Below the pieces are notes generated by a model. That model was not told the DNA's origin. It searched no databases and was given only the letters and a program-made list of their open reading frames with translations. Both the position numbers and the translations under genes were made by a program. 7,081 nt of DNA from the NCBI RefSeq assembly GCF_018420025.1, contig NZ_JAEDAM010000053.1, positions 1 to 7,081 on the forward strand, in the 5' to 3' direction. This document shows, in pieces, positions 6,401-7,081 of the stretch; positions within the stretch are counted from its first letter, which is position 1, and each line of letters begins with the position of its first letter. Origin of the DNA: Candidatus Vampirococcus lugosii. GTDB taxonomy: Bacteria > Patescibacteriota > Gracilibacteria > Absconditabacterales > Absconditicoccaceae.

Positions 6401-7081
6401 TCAAGTTGATATTGAGAAGAACCAAATCCACAAATTACAGATGAAGAATGAAAATATGCTTGGATGACTCCTACAGGTTTCTATTATGTAGATTTTACTT
6501 CAAATGATAATGATAAATATGATAATTTTGAATCAAATGTAGTATTTATACCACCAGAAGTAAGTGATCTTGATATATGAATTTATTACAAAGATTGATT
6601 TGAAGTTACTGAAAGTATTGATAATTGAGAAAGAAAAAGAACTTGGAATTGAACAGATAATAAATGGAATGATTGGGAATATACTTGTAATAGTGGTTAT
6701 GAAATAGATTGAAATGAATGTAAAAAATCTTCTTCATGAGGATGATGAGGATGATGAGGATGATGAGGATGATGAACTATATGGACTACACCAAGTGATG
6801 AAAATGATGAACAAGAGGAAAATAATGAAAGTGATGAACAAGAGGAAAATAATGAAAGTGATGAACAAGATGAAAATAATGAAAGTGATGAACAAGAGGA
6901 AACTGATGAAAATGATGAACAAGAGGAAACTGATGAAAATGATGAACAAGAGGAAACTGATGAAAATGATGAACAAGATAAAAATAATGAAAATGATGAA
7001 CAAGAGGAAAATAATGGACAAAAAAAATTATCGGAATATATAAAAGAACTTGAAGAACAGATACAATCTGAACAAAAATTG
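311..7081 (+). CDS. giant secreted multi-domain surface protein (putative adhesin), 3'-partial, at least 2,257 codons; requires translation table 25 (TGA=Gly)
   Basis: Hand translation of frame 2 (codons starting at 311, 314, ...) finds no TAA or TAG up to the last complete codon, 7079-7081. By hand count there are ~190 in-frame TGA, ~35 GGN and 19 TGG codons. Recognisable PEGA, FN3 and prealbumin-like motifs appear only in this frame. The N-terminus reads MKNMGDRFNLLGAITKEKSKKFFSLLLAFLLVFSNMTNFIYA/IVPSE. The start is uncertain: the frame is open from 206, and ATG 230, ATG 320, TTG 338 and ATG 416 are alternatives. ATG 311 gives the best n-h-c signal-peptide layout. Confidence 0.85.
497..1087 (+). 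repeat. N-terminal module copy 1 (~197 aa) of an unassigned ~200-aa repeat
   Basis: Shared landmarks, in order: FVIKNYTDIQG; GEIHGFTLGSGDNANITNFVG; IESLQFAKNLTDY; LRINFEDG; VDLIG; ILGEVFEQ. A 38-nt exact DNA match links 628-665 to 1864-1901. A 27-nt exact match links 734-760 to 1340-1366. Confidence 0.8.
1088..1726 (+). repeat. N-terminal module copy 2 (~213 aa)
   Basis: Landmarks: FVIKNLTDTKDGDNFKEFFV; FGAGKSVLVDLE; GKIYGFTVGTGSTANELIFTG; IESLQFAKNLTDY; LKMNFEGD; IDLIG; ILGEIFKN. These are collinear with copies 1 and 3. A 21-nt exact match links 1103-1123 to 1739-1759. Confidence 0.8.
1727..2330 (+). repeat. N-terminal module copy 3 (~200 aa; the 3' boundary is approximate and the tail is diverged)
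   Basis: Landmarks: VVKNLTDTKIGEDFKEIFV; FGSGENVLVDLE; GEIHGFTLGSGDTANTINFVG; IKSFEFFKNYTNY; VKINFDDGG; VDLIS. Similarity to copies 1 and 2 fades after ~2100. Confidence 0.7.
3035..3250 (+). repeat. PEGA-like domain, tandem copy 1 (72 aa)
   Basis: The sequence EEVVDPEEYEIEFNVSPENAQIEIDGNTYSHNQTGSFADGSYNYTASLTGFVTKTGTFEVSGTGKTVSIEL fits the PEGA pattern (s.PegA.v.vDG ... l..G.y.y.v...Gy ... v.v..g....v.v.L), with PENA in place of PEGA. By hand alignment it is ~92% identical in DNA to 3251-3466. Confidence 0.6.
3251..3466 (+). repeat. PEGA-like domain, tandem copy 2 (72 aa)
   Basis: The sequence is EEVVDPEEYEIEFNLSPENAQIEIDGQTYLNNGTGSFVNGTYEYTASLTGFVTKTGTFEVSGTGKTVSIEL. The offset from copy 1 is exactly 216 nt: gttgttgaccc occurs at 3041 and 3257, and ctgttagtattgaatta at 3231 and 3447. 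Confidence 0.6.
3875..4186 (+). other. possible bacterial Ig-like (Big_7-like) beta-sandwich domain
   Basis: The sequence reads PLVTDISSVDNNDGTFTLTATGTDNYGIENFYWYENN ... STITITPDREEYFVKTYDYVGNYGTGNIKLDL. It resembles the pattern 't.tatA.D..gi..v.fy.n ... a.a.D..Gn...s..i.l.v'. It contains one Cys pair (3995-3997 and 4058-4060). This is weak, by-eye evidence only. Confidence 0.3.
4193..4426 (+). other. fibronectin type III (FN3)-like domain
   Basis: The sequence PENLISTGITNNGFTIEWNEVEGVDSYEVLLNGEFKENVGTGTSYTFEGLSGSKNYYPGVKAVEGEIKSAINQIKVRT fits the classic FN3 layout: P.nl...t..s.ti.W..v.g...Y.v..ng......t.t.ytf.gL.....Y...V.A......S..i.v.T. It has the conserved Trp (tgg 4244-4246) and Tyr residues. 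Confidence 0.6.
4984..5242 (+). other. carboxypeptidase-regulatory-like / prealbumin-fold domain (tentative)
   Basis: The sequence is ITVVVQEGKVIKGTTNRDGYISLYNSTTNSYIAGTSIRNGEFVMMGIPAGEYTINARSNNYNYKNYSNGITINGDGNIITHNINFE. The core NGEFvmmgIPAGEYtInars.nY matches the family hallmark '(d)G.F.l..lp.G.Y.l.v...gY'. Confidence 0.4.
5585..5785 (+). other. possible Ig-like beta-sandwich domain
   Basis: The sequence VRIEYNSPATVIEGEKFNVRGFASPNSFIHILHKGNLIGTGSTNRNGGFSIESKIEQAGTGTILIKD resembles the common bacterial surface-protein pattern 'v.G.a.p.s.v.v...g..iGt..t...G.fsi.......G...i.v.d'. By eye only. Confidence 0.3.
6143..6577 (+). other. Cna-B / SdrD-B / prealbumin-like fold domain with an inserted Cys-pair loop (tentative)
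   Basis: It opens with VVLIDPAGFVYNKDTNEKIAGIEAKLYEL (family pattern 'IDPsG.VYd..t..Pi.Ga.v.L'). It closes with NPQITDEEGKYAWMTPTGFYYVDF ... VVFIPPEVSDLDI (pattern 'np..Td..G.y.f..p.G.Y.v'). The insert includes DVCKGGGTAYPCEW. Confidence 0.4.
6737..6775 (+). repeat. 13-codon poly-glycine run written as TGA/GGA, (TGA GGA TGA) x4 plus one TGA
   Basis: In-frame codons: tga gga tga tga gga tga tga gga tga tga gga tga tga. That is 9 TGA and 4 GGA, flanked by KKSSS and TIWTTPS. The run has 9-nt DNA periodicity. Confidence 0.8.
6794..7018 (+). repeat. tandem 27-nt (9-aa) acidic repeat, 8 full copies plus a partial leader; consensus [N/S]DEQEE[N/T][N/D]E
   Basis: Units start at 6803, 6830, 6857, 6884, 6911, 6938, 6965 and 6992. 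They encode NDEQEENNE, SDEQEENNE, SDEQDENNE, SDEQEETDE, NDEQEETDE, NDEQEETDE, NDEQDKNNE and NDEQEENNG. Units 5 and 6 are identical in DNA. Confidence 0.9.

Noticed and set aside
2412-6431. Five - strand track ORFs (2412..2612, 2948..3133, 5386..5685, 5855..6127, 6186..6431)
   Set aside because: They are short (61-99 aa) I/F/L/N/K-rich antisense readings inside the + strand giant gene. They carry no recognisable motifs. Such ORFs are expected by chance opposite a long AT-rich coding frame.
6737-6775. Reading the gatgatgag periodicity as an acidic DED run continuous with the downstream acidic repeat
   Set aside because: That reading is in frame 0. It would need two compensating frameshifts to join the frame-2 sequence on both sides. 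The frame-2 poly-Gly reading needs none.
3035-7018. CRISPR array, given regularly spaced direct repeats (216-nt repeats at 3035-3466; 27-nt repeats at 6794-7018)
   Set aside because: The repeats are directly abutting with no unique spacers. They are in frame, and they encode coherent protein repeats (PEGA domains and acidic nonapeptides).
6734-7021. Track ORF on the - strand (95 aa; FIIFLLF... then a poly-Ser run)
   Set aside because: It is the antisense reading of the same tandem repeats. The low-complexity product is a composition artefact.
6714-7043. Track ORF on the + strand (109 aa, frame 0) reading HEDDEDDEDDEDDE then MKMMNKRKIMKVMNKRK...
   Set aside because: It is an off-frame reading of the TGA/GGA run and the 27-nt repeat, both of which lack standard stops in several frames. 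The K/M-rich periodic product is implausible. The region is covered by the frame-2 ORF, which is continuous for 2,257 codons.
311-7081. Alternative decodings of TGA: Trp (table 4, Mollicutes-type), selenocysteine, or a stop-riddled pseudogene
   Set aside because: Trp would give ~9% W and put W at conserved Gly positions of the PEGA, FN3 and prealbumin motifs, as well as WGWWGWW at 6737-6775. About 190 Sec codons is not credible. A decaying pseudogene would also accumulate TAA, TAG and frameshifts, yet none occurs in 6.8 kb of AT-rich sequence.

Overview
The window holds three things. (1) The last ~90 nt of a 16S rRNA gene (+ strand, cut by the window edge). Its tail has lost the canonical CCUCC anti-Shine-Dalgarno core. 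(2) A ~220-nt, almost G/C-free spacer with no tRNA or 23S. (3) One giant + strand gene, 311..7081, that runs off the 3' edge. The gene is invisible under the standard code because it contains about 190 in-frame TGA codons. I translated frame 2 by hand and found 2,257 consecutive codons with no TAA or TAG. TGA falls at the canonical glycine positions of recognisable domains, so the best reading is translation table 25 (UGA=Gly). That code is used by the Gracilibacteria and Absconditabacteria (SR1) lineages of the CPR/Patescibacteria. The product looks like a secreted modular surface protein: a signal peptide, then three copies of a ~200-aa module I cannot assign to any family, an unassigned segment, and two near-identical tandem PEGA-like domains. 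These are followed by an unassigned cysteine-pair segment, a chain of beta-sandwich domains (one FN3-like, one carboxypeptidase-regulatory-like, two Ig-like, one Cna-B-like), a 13-residue poly-Gly run, and eight copies of a 9-aa acidic repeat. I see no multi-gene system such as defence, CRISPR or a mobile element. The main interest is the recoded giant putative adhesin, its unassigned N-terminal modules, and the unusual rRNA context. All domain calls are motif recognition by eye and no searches were run.
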